Shown: positions 1-9,467 of the stretch, piece by piece | Numbering within the stretch: position 1 is the first letter of the stretch | Layout of the letters: each line of letters begins with the position of its first letter | Assembly: GCA_965116495.1 (NCBI GenBank) | Contig: OZ220696.1 | Location: 320,001 to 384,000 of the forward strand | DNA from: Gammaproteobacteria bacterium | GTDB taxonomy: Bacteria; Pseudomonadota; Gammaproteobacteria; Eutrophobiales; Eutrophobiaceae | DNA length: 64,000 nt | Direction: 5' to 3' | Program-made: the position numbers and the translations under genes | Notes under the pieces: model-generated | Databases searched by the model: none | Told to the model about the DNA's origin: nothing | Seen by the model: the letters and a program-made list of their open reading frames with translations, nothing else

Positions 1-370
1 CTACAAACACCAATCCCAGGTAGAAGGTCGGCAACGCCGGGATAGCCAGTGTGAAATGCCCGAGCATTATGACCATTCCACCGTACCAGACGGCGCGTTG
101 CGCACCCAGCAACCGATCGGCAATCCAGCCACCCGGCAACGCGGCCACGTAGACCGCTGCCGTGTACAAACCGTAAATAGCCGTGGCAGTCACGCCATCA
201 AAGCCGAGACCGCCTTCAGTGATGGCCGCGGTCATAAACAGCACTAGTAAAGCACGCATGCCGTAGTAACTGAATCGTTCCCACATTTCAGTAAAAAACA
301 GCGTATACAGACCGCGTGGGTGAGTTCCGGTTTTTGTTATCTGCGGGTCGGCGTAAACGGAAGTTGACAT
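1..370 (-). CDS. POT/PTR family proton-dependent oligopeptide transporter (5' part; runs off the left edge)
   Basis: Reverse complement from ATG at 370 reads [46 protein letters not shown], containing the POT ExxERFxYYG signature; not in the ORF track because it is truncated. Confidence 0.9.
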   Translation of the reverse strand, partial: MSTSVYADPQITKTGTHPRGLYTLFFTEMWERFSYYGMRALLVLFMTAAITEGGLGFDGVTATAIYGLYTAAVYVAALPGGWIADRLLGAQRAVWYGGMVIMLGHFTLAIPALPTFYLGLVFV

Positions 371-569
371 GAGGTCTAATTCTATTGTTTAAGTCGGAAG
401 ATAATATAACAGAGCGTTGATATCAGGAATTAATTATCAGGTACGTCCATGAGTTATATCCATCGCCGTCGGAAGAAGCTAAAATCATAACCTGGCGGTT
501 GGCGACTATTTAAGGTGGACCAGTGGATAAACAAAACTTCAAAACTATGGAAAACCACTTCCGGCGGCA

Positions 570-3434
570 ATGAATCGCGCATTGTCAATCATAGCCATAG
601 CGGCGACAGCCGTCGGCGCCTCTAACGCTGCAAACGGCCAGGAAGCCCGGCAGGAAACGCTGGAAGAAGTAGTCGTCACGGGATCACGCATTGCTGCCGA
701 CCCCAACTTGGTGACGTCCAGCCCGGTAACCATGATCAAGTCGGAAGAGTTAAGCTTTCGCGGCATCACCCGTGTCGAAGACCTGGTCAACGACCTGCCA
801 TCGATTGTGCCGGAATTGACCGCCAACGAATCGAATGACGCCACCGGTTCGGCAACGATTGACCTGCGCGGCCTGGGTTCTGATCGCACACTGGTTCTCA
901 CCAACGGGCACCGCATGGGGTTTGGCGATGTAACCGCGCTCGCACCGGACATCAACCAAGTGCCGGGTGCGCTGATCGAACGGGTCGAGGTACTGACCGG
1001 CGGCGCGTCTGCAACCTACGGTTCGGATGCGATATCCGGCGTAGTCAACTTCATCATGAAAAAGGATTTTGAAGGGCTTCAGATCGACTACCAGTTTTCC
1101 GGGTATCATCACGATTCAGGAAACGAGGCTGTCCAGGCCGCAGTTGAGGCGAGTGGTTACGAGCAGGCTCCCGACAGTGTCTTTGATGGTGAAGGGCATG
1201 ACGTTAACGTAACCTTCGGTGTCAACACAGGCGACGGCAGGGGTAATATTACCGGCTACTTCGGCTACCGGGAAACCAATGCGCTTACCCAGTCGGAACG
1301 TGATTTCAGCGCCTGCGCGCTGAGTGGAGGGGGGACAGGTGATACCTGTGCCGGTTCTGCAACGCTGCCGACAGGCCTGTTTACACCTTTCGACGGCAGC
1401 TACTACTACACGGTCGCCGGCAACGAGTTTGTTCCCTGGGATTTCTCGCTCTACAACTATGGTCCGCCAAATCACTTTCAGCGTCCGGATGAGCGTTACA
1501 CAGCCGGCCTGTTCGGCAACTACGGGGTCAACGAGCGCCTGGAAGGGTACGTGGAATTCCAGTTCATGGACGACCGCACCAATGCGCAGATCGCACCATC
1601 CGGCGCTTTCTTCGTGACTTCCACGTTGAACTGCAGCAACGCGTTCCTGTCTGCACAACAGTTCGCCGCCATTGGTTGCACGGATCCGTCGGAGGTATTG
1701 CCGTTATATATCGGTCGCCGCAATGTGGAAGGCGGTTTTCGCAACGATGACATAACCCATACCTCGTATCGAGGCCTGGGTGGCATCAAGGGCGATATCA
1801 ACGACGAATGGAGTTACGATGCGTTTGTCAACATCTCGCGCACGAGCCTGGCCAAGTTGTATACCAACGACCTGTCCACCACCCGGATCATAAGATCGCT
1901 GGATGTGGTCAGTGTCGATGGTGTGCCGACTTGCCAGTCCGTCATCGACGGCAACGATCCCAGTTGCGTACCCTGGAACATCTTTGAGACGGGCGGCGTG
2001 ACGCAGGCAGCGCTCGACTACCTGCGTTTACCTCTGTATGCTTCGGGCAGCCTGGACCAGGACCAGTATGTCGCCTACGTATCCGGCGACCTGACCAACT
2101 ACGGGCTTGTCAGCCCTATGGCGTCGGACGGGGTACAAGTCGTGTTCGGAGGTGAATACCGGGATGAAAAAATGGGCTTTGACCCTGACGAAGGTTATCG
2201 AACCGGTGACGGCGCCGGCCAGGGCGGGCCGACCGCACCCGTAGATGGCGAAGTGGATGTCACCGAGTTCTTCATTGAAGCCAAGCTCCCGCTGGTAGAG
2301 TACCAGCCCATGATCCAGTCCCTGACCCTCGACGTCGGTTATCGTTACTCCGATTACAGCACGGGACATACAACGGATACCTACAATGTGCTTGCTGAGT
2401 GGACACCGGTAGACAACCTCAAGTTACGCGGCGGTTATTCCCGGGCCGTCAGGGCCGCGAACATCAGGGAGTTGTTCGAACCGCGCAACCTGGGGCTGTG
2501 GGCCGGCACTGACCCATGCGCGGGTTCGGCTCCCATACAGTCGCAGGCACAGTGTGTGAACTCAGGGGTGACGGCAGCGCAGTACGGCAGCATTCCCCTG
2601 AGTCCCGCCGGCCAATACAACGCCATTTACGGCGGCAACGCCGAACTCGCCCCGGAGAAGGCCAACACGTTCACCATCGGCGCGGTCATTACTCCTGATG
2701 ATATCATTTCAGGGCTGACGGTCAGCGTTGACTACTGGAGTATCGAGATACTGCACGCTATCGACGATGTGGAGCCTGAGTTCATTGTCAACCAGTGCGG
2801 TCTGACCGGTGACCCGGTCTTCTGCTCACAGGTCCATCGCGGACCCAACGGCAACCTCTGGATCGGCAGTAGCGCGACCGCCCCCAACGTCGTCTCGACC
2901 AATATCAACATCGGCTTTTTCGAGACCTCCGGGATCGACTTCTTCGGCAATTATGTCATGGAACCGGGCAATTACGGCGCCCTGGAGTTTACCTTCCGCG
3001 GCACCTGGCTGGAGAAATTTGACCAGCAGTTGACACCCGGCGCCGTGGTTGAAGGCTGTGCCGGCTATTATGCCAGCACCTGCGTCCGTCCGAGGCCGAA
3101 GTGGCGGCACAATTTCGGTGCGGTCTGGACCTCGCCCTGGGATATGACATTTGCCGGAAGCTGGCGTTATGTCAGCAGAGTCGATGAATTTGCCAACGAT
3201 CGTTTCAGCTCCGGCACTGAGAACTACGTCGACCTATCGGTCCAATACGCACCGGCGTTCATCGGACTGGGCGAAACCACGTTGAGCGTGGGGGTCAGCA
3301 ACCTGCTTGATAATGACCCGCCGGTCAGTGGTTTCTTCGGCAATGTATCGGTGTACGGCAACGGCAACACTATCCCGGGTATGTGGGATACCCTGGGCCG
3401 TTACCTCTTCTTCGGGGTCTCCCAGAAATTCTGA
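570..3434 (+). CDS. TonB-dependent receptor
   Basis: 954 aa; signal peptide, TonB box EEVVVTGSRI, plug motifs LRGLGSDRTLVL and IERVEVLTGGASATYGSDAISGVVNFI, C-terminal Phe. Confidence 0.95.
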   Translation: MNRALSIIAIAATAVGASNAANGQEARQETLEEVVVTGSRIAADPNLVTSSPVTMIKSEELSFRGITRVEDLVNDLPSIVPELTANESNDATGSATIDLRGLGSDRTLVLTNGHRMGFGDVTALAPDINQVPGALIERVEVLTGGASATYGSDAISGVVNFIMKKDFEGLQIDYQFSGYHHDSGNEAVQAAVEASGYEQAPDSVFDGEGHDVNVTFGVNTGDGRGNITGYFGYRETNALTQSERDFSACALSGGGTGDTCAGSATLPTGLFTPFDGSYYYTVAGNEFVPWDFSLYNYGPPNHFQRPDERYTAGLFGNYGVNERLEGYVEFQFMDDRTNAQIAPSGAFFVTSTLNCSNAFLSAQQFAAIGCTDPSEVLPLYIGRRNVEGGFRNDDITHTSYRGLGGIKGDINDEWSYDAFVNISRTSLAKLYTNDLSTTRIIRSLDVVSVDGVPTCQSVIDGNDPSCVPWNIFETGGVTQAALDYLRLPLYASGSLDQDQYVAYVSGDLTNYGLVSPMASDGVQVVFGGEYRDEKMGFDPDEGYRTGDGAGQGGPTAPVDGEVDVTEFFIEAKLPLVEYQPMIQSLTLDVGYRYSDYSTGHTTDTYNVLAEWTPVDNLKLRGGYSRAVRAANIRELFEPRNLGLWAGTDPCAGSAPIQSQAQCVNSGVTAAQYGSIPLSPAGQYNAIYGGNAELAPEKANTFTIGAVITPDDIISGLTVSVDYWSIEILHAIDDVEPEFIVNQCGLTGDPVFCSQVHRGPNGNLWIGSSATAPNVVSTNINIGFFETSGIDFFGNYVMEPGNYGALEFTFRGTWLEKFDQQLTPGAVVEGCAGYYASTCVRPRPKWRHNFGAVWTSPWDMTFAGSWRYVSRVDEFANDRFSSGTENYVDLSVQYAPAFIGLGETTLSVGVSNLLDNDPPVSGFFGNVSVYGNGNTIPGMWDTLGRYLFFGVSQKF

Positions 3435-3439
3435 CCCTG

Positions 3440-4765
3440 TTACCTGAAACGCGGGTCCTGATCAGGACTCCAGGGCTGCTTCAGCAGTTTGTCCGGATCC
3501 CCGTATTTCGCGGCGATGGCGCGAATTTCCGGATCATCAAGCGCCGTCAGGTGGCCGCGGTCGATAATCAGCTCTCCATCCACCGTCAACGTCGGCCGGT
3601 AGATCACGAAGTCCTTGTGGTGTACGGGATAACCGTGCTTGTTGGTAAATTCCGCAGTAAATCCGCCCGCCGTCATGCCGACGGCAATGTGGAACACACC
3701 CGCTTTCAGGTCGATGTTGTAGGTCCACCATTTGCCGGACCAGGCCATATCCGGGATGTCCGGCAGGGGTTCATAGCCTGGAACAGGGTAAAAGCCCCAG
3801 ACCGCGTATTCCACCCAGTCAACCCCGGGGCCGGGGTAGTGCGGGTACTGGACGTCCTGGTACTTCTCGAATGCGGTGCGTAAATGATCACCCATACTGC
3901 CGCCGCCTGTTACCTTGGCGACCCTGCCTTTATCTATGTGCAGTTCAATGGTGGGAATCCTGCCGGAGTGCAGGTGGTCGGATACGAACACGCCCCGCAT
4001 GTCCGGGTTGTCGCTCAGGTGAATACGCGGAGAATGGTTGTTGACGATATCACCCCATAACTCGTTGTAGCGGCTCCACATCTGCTCATCCAGCGTCCAC
4101 TTCAGGTCGGTGCCATTGGGATCCGTCAGGTGGAAGTTTTTGCCGTTGCGCATGGTGTCATAACCCTTGCGGATCAGCGCCCAGACAAGCTCATCGGGGT
4201 AATCCCTGTTGGCGGCAAGCCGCTGGCGCTGCTGGTGCGTATTCCACAGCATGTGAAACACGGTGTCGGTGTCGTGGGCCCATTTGTTTTTCCAGCCGAC
4301 GCCGGGAACGTTGACGGCCGGCATCAGGTTGACCGGGTTGATAAAAGACAGTGGCAGTACCCGGTCATAACCCGCGGCGGCGTCCCAGACCCATTGCGGC
4401 CACGGGTTTTTCTCGAAGATTTCAAGGACGAGTTCGGTGGGGTCTGTTACGTCCAGGCGGCCTTGCAGCATAATCGTGTCCACCTGGCCGGCGCCGAGGC
4501 GCCATGCAGCGACATAGAAAGCCTCGGCAGTTAACGGGTCTACGGAACGGTCGCTTACTATCAGGACCTTTTCACCGGGTTGCATACCCGGTACGTATCC
4601 CGGGCGGCTGAGATTGTCCATCGCTGCGGGAACAATGTCCTCCAGGGTAATATCTTCCGGAGCGGGATAGGGATACAACGGCGGTTCGTTTGCCGGCGCC
4701 TGTTGCATGAACAAAATAAGGATAATCGGGGAGAGCAATTGTTTCATGGAGGTCAGAATATTCAT
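3440..4765 (-). CDS. Secreted hypothetical protein, probable M29 aminopeptidase/NicX-like metalloenzyme fold
   Basis: 441 aa; hydrophobic N-terminus, PGEKVLIVSD motif and C-terminal FHIAVG...HHKDFVIYRPTLTVDGELIIDRG resembling the M29/NicX family. Confidence 0.5.
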   Translation of the reverse strand: MNILTSMKQLLSPIILILFMQQAPANEPPLYPYPAPEDITLEDIVPAAMDNLSRPGYVPGMQPGEKVLIVSDRSVDPLTAEAFYVAAWRLGAGQVDTIMLQGRLDVTDPTELVLEIFEKNPWPQWVWDAAAGYDRVLPLSFINPVNLMPAVNVPGVGWKNKWAHDTDTVFHMLWNTHQQRQRLAANRDYPDELVWALIRKGYDTMRNGKNFHLTDPNGTDLKWTLDEQMWSRYNELWGDIVNNHSPRIHLSDNPDMRGVFVSDHLHSGRIPTIELHIDKGRVAKVTGGGSMGDHLRTAFEKYQDVQYPHYPGPGVDWVEYAVWGFYPVPGYEPLPDIPDMAWSGKWWTYNIDLKAGVFHIAVGMTAGGFTAEFTNKHGYPVHHKDFVIYRPTLTVDGELIIDRGHLTALDDPEIRAIAAKYGDPDKLLKQPWSPDQDPRFR

Positions 4766-4837
4766 AAATCCGGGATAAAATTAAACAAAAAGCTATCTTT
4801 AACTCACTATTCAACCTATGTATTATAGACTGTTATT

Positions 4838-5074
4838 ATGATTTTCCAATGTCCCCGATGTGCTGCAGACGGTGACCGCTGCCGGGAGGACTACAAGGGA
4901 ATGGACGGCGACACCGTTGCCTGGACCGTATTTCACTGCATGGATTGTTCGTTCACGTGGCGTGATTGTGAACCTGAAACCGTGGTAATACATGAGATGC
5001 GCCGGTCATGGGCAAACCTTACCAACCTGGGTCCGGAAGCCTACCCGCACAACATCCCGCCGCCGCAGGGGTAA
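4838..5074 (+). CDS. Non-oxidative hydroxyarylic acid decarboxylase subunit D (BsdD/VdcD-like zinc ribbon)
   Basis: 78 aa; CPRC...WTVFHCMDCSFTWR and terminal IPPP are typical of the D subunit; a UbiD gene lies downstream on the same strand. Confidence 0.8.
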   Translation: MIFQCPRCAADGDRCREDYKGMDGDTVAWTVFHCMDCSFTWRDCEPETVVIHEMRRSWANLTNLGPEAYPHNIPPPQG

Positions 5075-5079
5075 TATCG

Positions 5080-7170
5080 ATGCATTACAAAATAGGGGTT
5101 GATACGGGGGGGACCTTCACGGATGCGGTTATCCTGGATGAAGCAGGCAACATCACAACCGGCAAACACCTTACTACCTATCACGATTTTTCCGCAGGCG
5201 TCGGTAACTCATTGGCTGTTGCAGCGGAAAAATTATCGATCAGCCTGGAACAGTTACTGGGCAACTGCGTTGCGTTCGCCTACGGCACCACGATCGGCAC
5301 CAACGCCATTGCGACGCGCAGCGGGGCAAAAGTCGGCATGTTAACCACGAAAGGCGCCCGGGATACCATCCATATAGCACGGGGGTTATCACGCTGGACC
5401 GGTTTGTCGGAAGCCGAAACCAAACACATGGCGACAACCATCAAGCCGGCGCCGCTTGTTCCAAAAAAGTTGACCAGGGAGATTCGCGAACGGGTGGATT
5501 ATTCCGGTAGCGAAGTGGTGCCGCTGAATGAAAACGACGTGTGTACGGCCGTGGCGGAGCTTGTCGAGCAGGGCGCAGAGAGTATAGCCGTTTGCTTCCT
5601 GTGGTCGTTTACGAACAGCGGACACGAATTGAGGGCAAAGGAAATCGTACAGGAACTGTACCCGGACCTGTATAGCTGTACTTCCTGTGAAGTGGTGCCG
5701 CTGGAAGGTGAATACGAGCGTTTCATCACCACGGTGCTGGATGCTTACGTGGGGCCGGCTACCCTGAGTTATATGAAATCCGTATCCGGATTTCTCAGGG
5801 AAAAGGGGTTGAAACCGAGACTGCTGCTGATGAAAGCCGATGGCGGTATCGCGTATTCAGACTCCGTGCTGCCGGTTGCCACGGTCCACTCCGGGCCTGC
5901 AGGTGGAGTAAAAGCAACCCGTACATTCGGCCGGATCCTGGGATATGACAATATCATCTCGACTGACGTAGGCGGCACGACTTTTGACGTAAGTCTGGTT
6001 ACTAATGGAAAGGAAACCTTCAACCGGGAACCGCGTATCGAAAAATTCAGCACCCTGTATCCGACGCTGGACATCGTATCCATCGGCGCGGGCGGGGGCA
6101 CCATCGTCCACGCCGACCCGGAACTGAAGACGCTGCACGTGGGTCCGCAAAGCGCGGGCTCCAATCCGGGTCCGGCCTGTTACGGGTTTGGCGGGGAACA
6201 GCCTACAATGACCGATGCCGCGGTGACCCTGGGCTATATCAATCCGGAATACTTCAACGGCGGACGTATGGCGCTGCAACCTGAACGTTCCCGGGAGGCG
6301 TTCAACAGGGTGGCTGCTATCCTGGAAATGGATGTGGTGGAAGTGGCCCAGGGCGCTTACGAGATCATCAATTCGCACATGTCGGACCTGATCATGGGCA
6401 TGACGGTGCGCCGCGGTGTGGATATCAGCAACTATGTGATCTTCAGTTTCGGCGGTGCAGGTCCCGTGCACGTGGCCTACATGGGCGCGACGCTGGGCGC
6501 CCGTAAGGCAATCATTCCTGCCTCATCATCAGTCTACTCGGCCCTGGGGCTGGCTACATCCCCTATAGGACATACATATATCAAGTATGACTATCGCACT
6601 TTACCGATAACTGCGCAGGTATTGAACGACAATATCGGCGAGTTGCAGCAACGGGTGAAACGGGAACTGGCCGAAGGTGGCGTGCCCTCCGGCGGTATGG
6701 ATATCCAGGTGTCACTGGATATGAAATACCTGTTGCAGATCAATACGGTCAATATGACGATCCCGTTAAAGGATACCTATACGGAAGATGATGCGGCGCA
6801 ACTGGGTGACTTGTTCGATCAGGCATATACTGATCTTTACGGCGCAGCCGCTGCGTATCCCGAGGCCGGGCGCGTGGTTTCCTCCTATATGATAAAGGGG
6901 GAGGGCATAGTCCACGATTTTGCCCCGAGTCCGGCGCCCCTGGCAGGCAATGATGCGGGTGCGGGGAACAAGGGAAGCAGGCAGGCTTATTTCAAAGGCG
7001 ATGGTTTCCTGGAAACGCCCCTGTTTGATTTTACGAAACTGCTGCCCGGTAATGAAGTAAGTGGGCCGGCGATCATTGAGGCCGATGAGACCACGATCGT
7101 GGTGCCGCCGGGCTACTCCGCTGCACTGGACGGATTTAAAAATATCGAACTTGTAAGTACGGAAGGGTGA
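5080..7170 (+). CDS. Hydantoinase/oxoprolinase subunit A (ATP-binding)
   Basis: IGVDTGGTFTD, SGPAGG, DVGGTTFD, IGAGGG and GPACYG motifs; start placed at ATG 5080 (MHYKIGVD). Confidence 0.92.
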   Translation: MHYKIGVDTGGTFTDAVILDEAGNITTGKHLTTYHDFSAGVGNSLAVAAEKLSISLEQLLGNCVAFAYGTTIGTNAIATRSGAKVGMLTTKGARDTIHIARGLSRWTGLSEAETKHMATTIKPAPLVPKKLTREIRERVDYSGSEVVPLNENDVCTAVAELVEQGAESIAVCFLWSFTNSGHELRAKEIVQELYPDLYSCTSCEVVPLEGEYERFITTVLDAYVGPATLSYMKSVSGFLREKGLKPRLLLMKADGGIAYSDSVLPVATVHSGPAGGVKATRTFGRILGYDNIISTDVGGTTFDVSLVTNGKETFNREPRIEKFSTLYPTLDIVSIGAGGGTIVHADPELKTLHVGPQSAGSNPGPACYGFGGEQPTMTDAAVTLGYINPEYFNGGRMALQPERSREAFNRVAAILEMDVVEVAQGAYEIINSHMSDLIMGMTVRRGVDISNYVIFSFGGAGPVHVAYMGATLGARKAIIPASSSVYSALGLATSPIGHTYIKYDYRTLPITAQVLNDNIGELQQRVKRELAEGGVPSGGMDIQVSLDMKYLLQINTVNMTIPLKDTYTEDDAAQLGDLFDQAYTDLYGAAAAYPEAGRVVSSYMIKGEGIVHDFAPSPAPLAGNDAGAGNKGSRQAYFKGDGFLETPLFDFTKLLPGNEVSGPAIIEADETTIVVPPGYSAALDGFKNIELVSTEG

Positions 7171-7174
7171 CAAT

Positions 7175-9352
7175 ATGAGCACAAAGCTGGACCCGGTAAC
7201 TTTCGAAATACTCCGTCACCGCCTGGAAGAAATCGTCAATGAAGCCTACTACACCATGGCGCGCGTCTCCGGCAATGCAATCATAACGGAGGCCGGCGAC
7301 CATGAAGAGGCCATCCTGAATGCAAACGGAGATACCATCATGGTCGGTGGCGGCATTGTTGAATGGACCCAGTGTCTGGAGGAAGCGGGGCGCTATATCT
7401 CCAGGGAGTACCAGGACAACCCGGGTATCTTTGAGGGTGACCAGTTTGTATTGAACTGCACCGAAGTGGCGGCGGTACACCTGATGGATATCCAGGTGTT
7501 GAAGCCGGTATTCTGGGAAGGCGAACGGTTTGCCTGGTTAAACACGGCCGGGCACAACATGGACGTGGGCGGCATCAATATCGGAGGTGTCCAGATTGAT
7601 GCCCGTGAACGCGTGCAGGAAGGGTTGAGCATGTGGGGTCTCAAGGTCTGCGAACGGGGGGTTATCCGCAAGGATATTGAGACGACCATAAAGAACATGA
7701 CGCGCCAGCCGGAACTGCTGGTACTGGAATTGCGGGCGCGCATGGCCGCCAATAATGCCGCGGAGAAACGCCTGCTGGATACCGTCAGGGAGTTCGGCTT
7801 CGACAAGGTGATGGCGATCTTCGAGGAATTGCCCAGGTACTCGGAGCAACGTATTCGCCAGAGGCTGGCAAAGCTGCCGGATGGTGAGTTCTCGGCCGTT
7901 CACTATTTCGAATCGGTTATCGAGAGTGAAGGCGCCCTGGCAGTCAAATGTAACCTGGTGAAAAAAGGTGATACCCTGAAGATGGATTTCACCGGGTCGT
8001 CACCACAATCCAAAGGGGCCCAGAACGTGGCGTTACCCGGCGCCAAGAGCAATGCCGAATGCCCCTTCCTCATGATGCTGGCCCACGATATTCCGTGGAA
8101 TTACGGTTTGTGGGGGGTGATTGAGTGGGTGCTGCCCCATGGCAGTATCGTCAACCCCACTGATGACGCACCGGTTTCCATCAATACGCCTGCGGGCGCC
8201 GGCTATGTCACCATCGGTTGTGTGCTGGATTGCATCAGCCAGCTCTACCTGTGTTCGGATGAAATGGAAGAGGCAATGGCCTGCGGCAGTAATGCCTTTA
8301 ATAACCCGATGCTCTACGGCAATGACAAGGAAGGCAATTATTTCATCACGATGATGATGGAAAACCTCATCTGCGGCGGCGGCGGCATGTACCATCGCGA
8401 CGGTGATGACGCCTGTTCCAACATGTGGACGACCAAGCCGCAGGTCACCAACCTGGAACGCGCCGAGCAGCTGTTTCCCTGGTTGTACCTGTGGCGCAGG
8501 GAGGCAATGGATACCGGCGGACCCGGAAAGAACCGGGGCGGTACAGCCTGTATGAACGCTTTCATTCCATGGAAAGTTGATGAGATGGAAGTCCATGACA
8601 ACGGTATGGGCGATACTGTGCGACTCGCCAACGGCCTGGCCGGGGGGTATCCCGCGCCCAACGTGAAACAATATCTCATCAGAAAATCCAACATACAGTC
8701 CCTGTTTGACCGGGGCGAGATGCCCTCTGCCGTGGATGAAGTTGAGGGAACGGTTGAGGAATACGGTGTCAACACAACGCTTCCTTTCTACAAGGACGAT
8801 GTCTACGCGGTTTACTTCGGGGGTGGTGGAGGCTTTGGCGACCCGCTGGAACGCAATCCCGAAAATCTCGTTAAAGACGTGATAAACGAACATGTATCGG
8901 TAGATGAAGCCAGGAAGTTATACGGGGTTATCATTGATAAGGAGATGCTGCAGGTGGACCGGGCGGCTACTGACAGTGAACGGGAAACCATGCGCAAAAA
9001 GCGCCTGGGTCTGGCGCAGGCGCCGAAACTGACCAACGGTAAAGCTGTAGATAGCGGCACTGAACTGATGAACTGGGCGGGGGTGATTTCCCTGAACGTG
9101 GACGCTACGGGTGACCGTTACTGGCAATGCAGGAAATGCGATCATATTCTGGGTGACGCCGGCGCCGACTGGAAGGACTACGCGGCGACCTATCACGCCC
9201 CGATGGAGCACGGCCAACCCGAGGCGTTTGCAACGGTTACCGAAGACTATCACCTGCGCGAATGTTACTGCCCGAATTGCGGCGGATTATTCGAGGTGTT
9301 GAACCTCGGTGTAAATGATGAGGACGTAGTGACATTCAAGTACCTCGACTGA
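7175..9352 (+). CDS. Hydantoinase B/oxoprolinase subunit fused to a C-terminal acetone carboxylase gamma-like Zn domain
   Basis: LDPVTFEIL start, HLMD and HNMDVGG metal motifs, GGGGFGDPLER; extra C-terminal CRKCDH...LRECYCPNCG. Confidence 0.85.
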   Translation: MSTKLDPVTFEILRHRLEEIVNEAYYTMARVSGNAIITEAGDHEEAILNANGDTIMVGGGIVEWTQCLEEAGRYISREYQDNPGIFEGDQFVLNCTEVAAVHLMDIQVLKPVFWEGERFAWLNTAGHNMDVGGINIGGVQIDARERVQEGLSMWGLKVCERGVIRKDIETTIKNMTRQPELLVLELRARMAANNAAEKRLLDTVREFGFDKVMAIFEELPRYSEQRIRQRLAKLPDGEFSAVHYFESVIESEGALAVKCNLVKKGDTLKMDFTGSSPQSKGAQNVALPGAKSNAECPFLMMLAHDIPWNYGLWGVIEWVLPHGSIVNPTDDAPVSINTPAGAGYVTIGCVLDCISQLYLCSDEMEEAMACGSNAFNNPMLYGNDKEGNYFITMMMENLICGGGGMYHRDGDDACSNMWTTKPQVTNLERAEQLFPWLYLWRREAMDTGGPGKNRGGTACMNAFIPWKVDEMEVHDNGMGDTVRLANGLAGGYPAPNVKQYLIRKSNIQSLFDRGEMPSAVDEVEGTVEEYGVNTTLPFYKDDVYAVYFGGGGGFGDPLERNPENLVKDVINEHVSVDEARKLYGVIIDKEMLQVDRAATDSERETMRKKRLGLAQAPKLTNGKAVDSGTELMNWAGVISLNVDATGDRYWQCRKCDHILGDAGADWKDYAATYHAPMEHGQPEAFATVTEDYHLRECYCPNCGGLFEVLNLGVNDEDVVTFKYLD

Positions 9353-9413
9353 CCAGGGTCAATGCCGTGCTTTGCCTGCCGCGCACCCCATCCGTCATTC
9401 TAGCTCTTCCTCT

Positions 9414-9441
9414 CGTCATTCCTGCGCAAGCAGGAATCCAG
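9414..9441. repeat. REP-like palindrome (GTCATTCC...GGAATCC type)
   Basis: cgtcattcctgcgcaagcaggaatccag in the intergenic gap before the UbiD gene; a partial copy (cgtcattc) lies just upstream. Confidence 0.6.
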
Positions 9442-9467
9442 TGCCCAGACAGGCGCACCCCCCCGCA

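Noticed and set aside
9372-9467. N-terminal extension of the UbiD ORF (also the extensions at 5008, 13281, 37182 and 49959)
   Set aside because: They run through repeats or overlap neighbouring genes; downstream ATGs fit the family N-termini better
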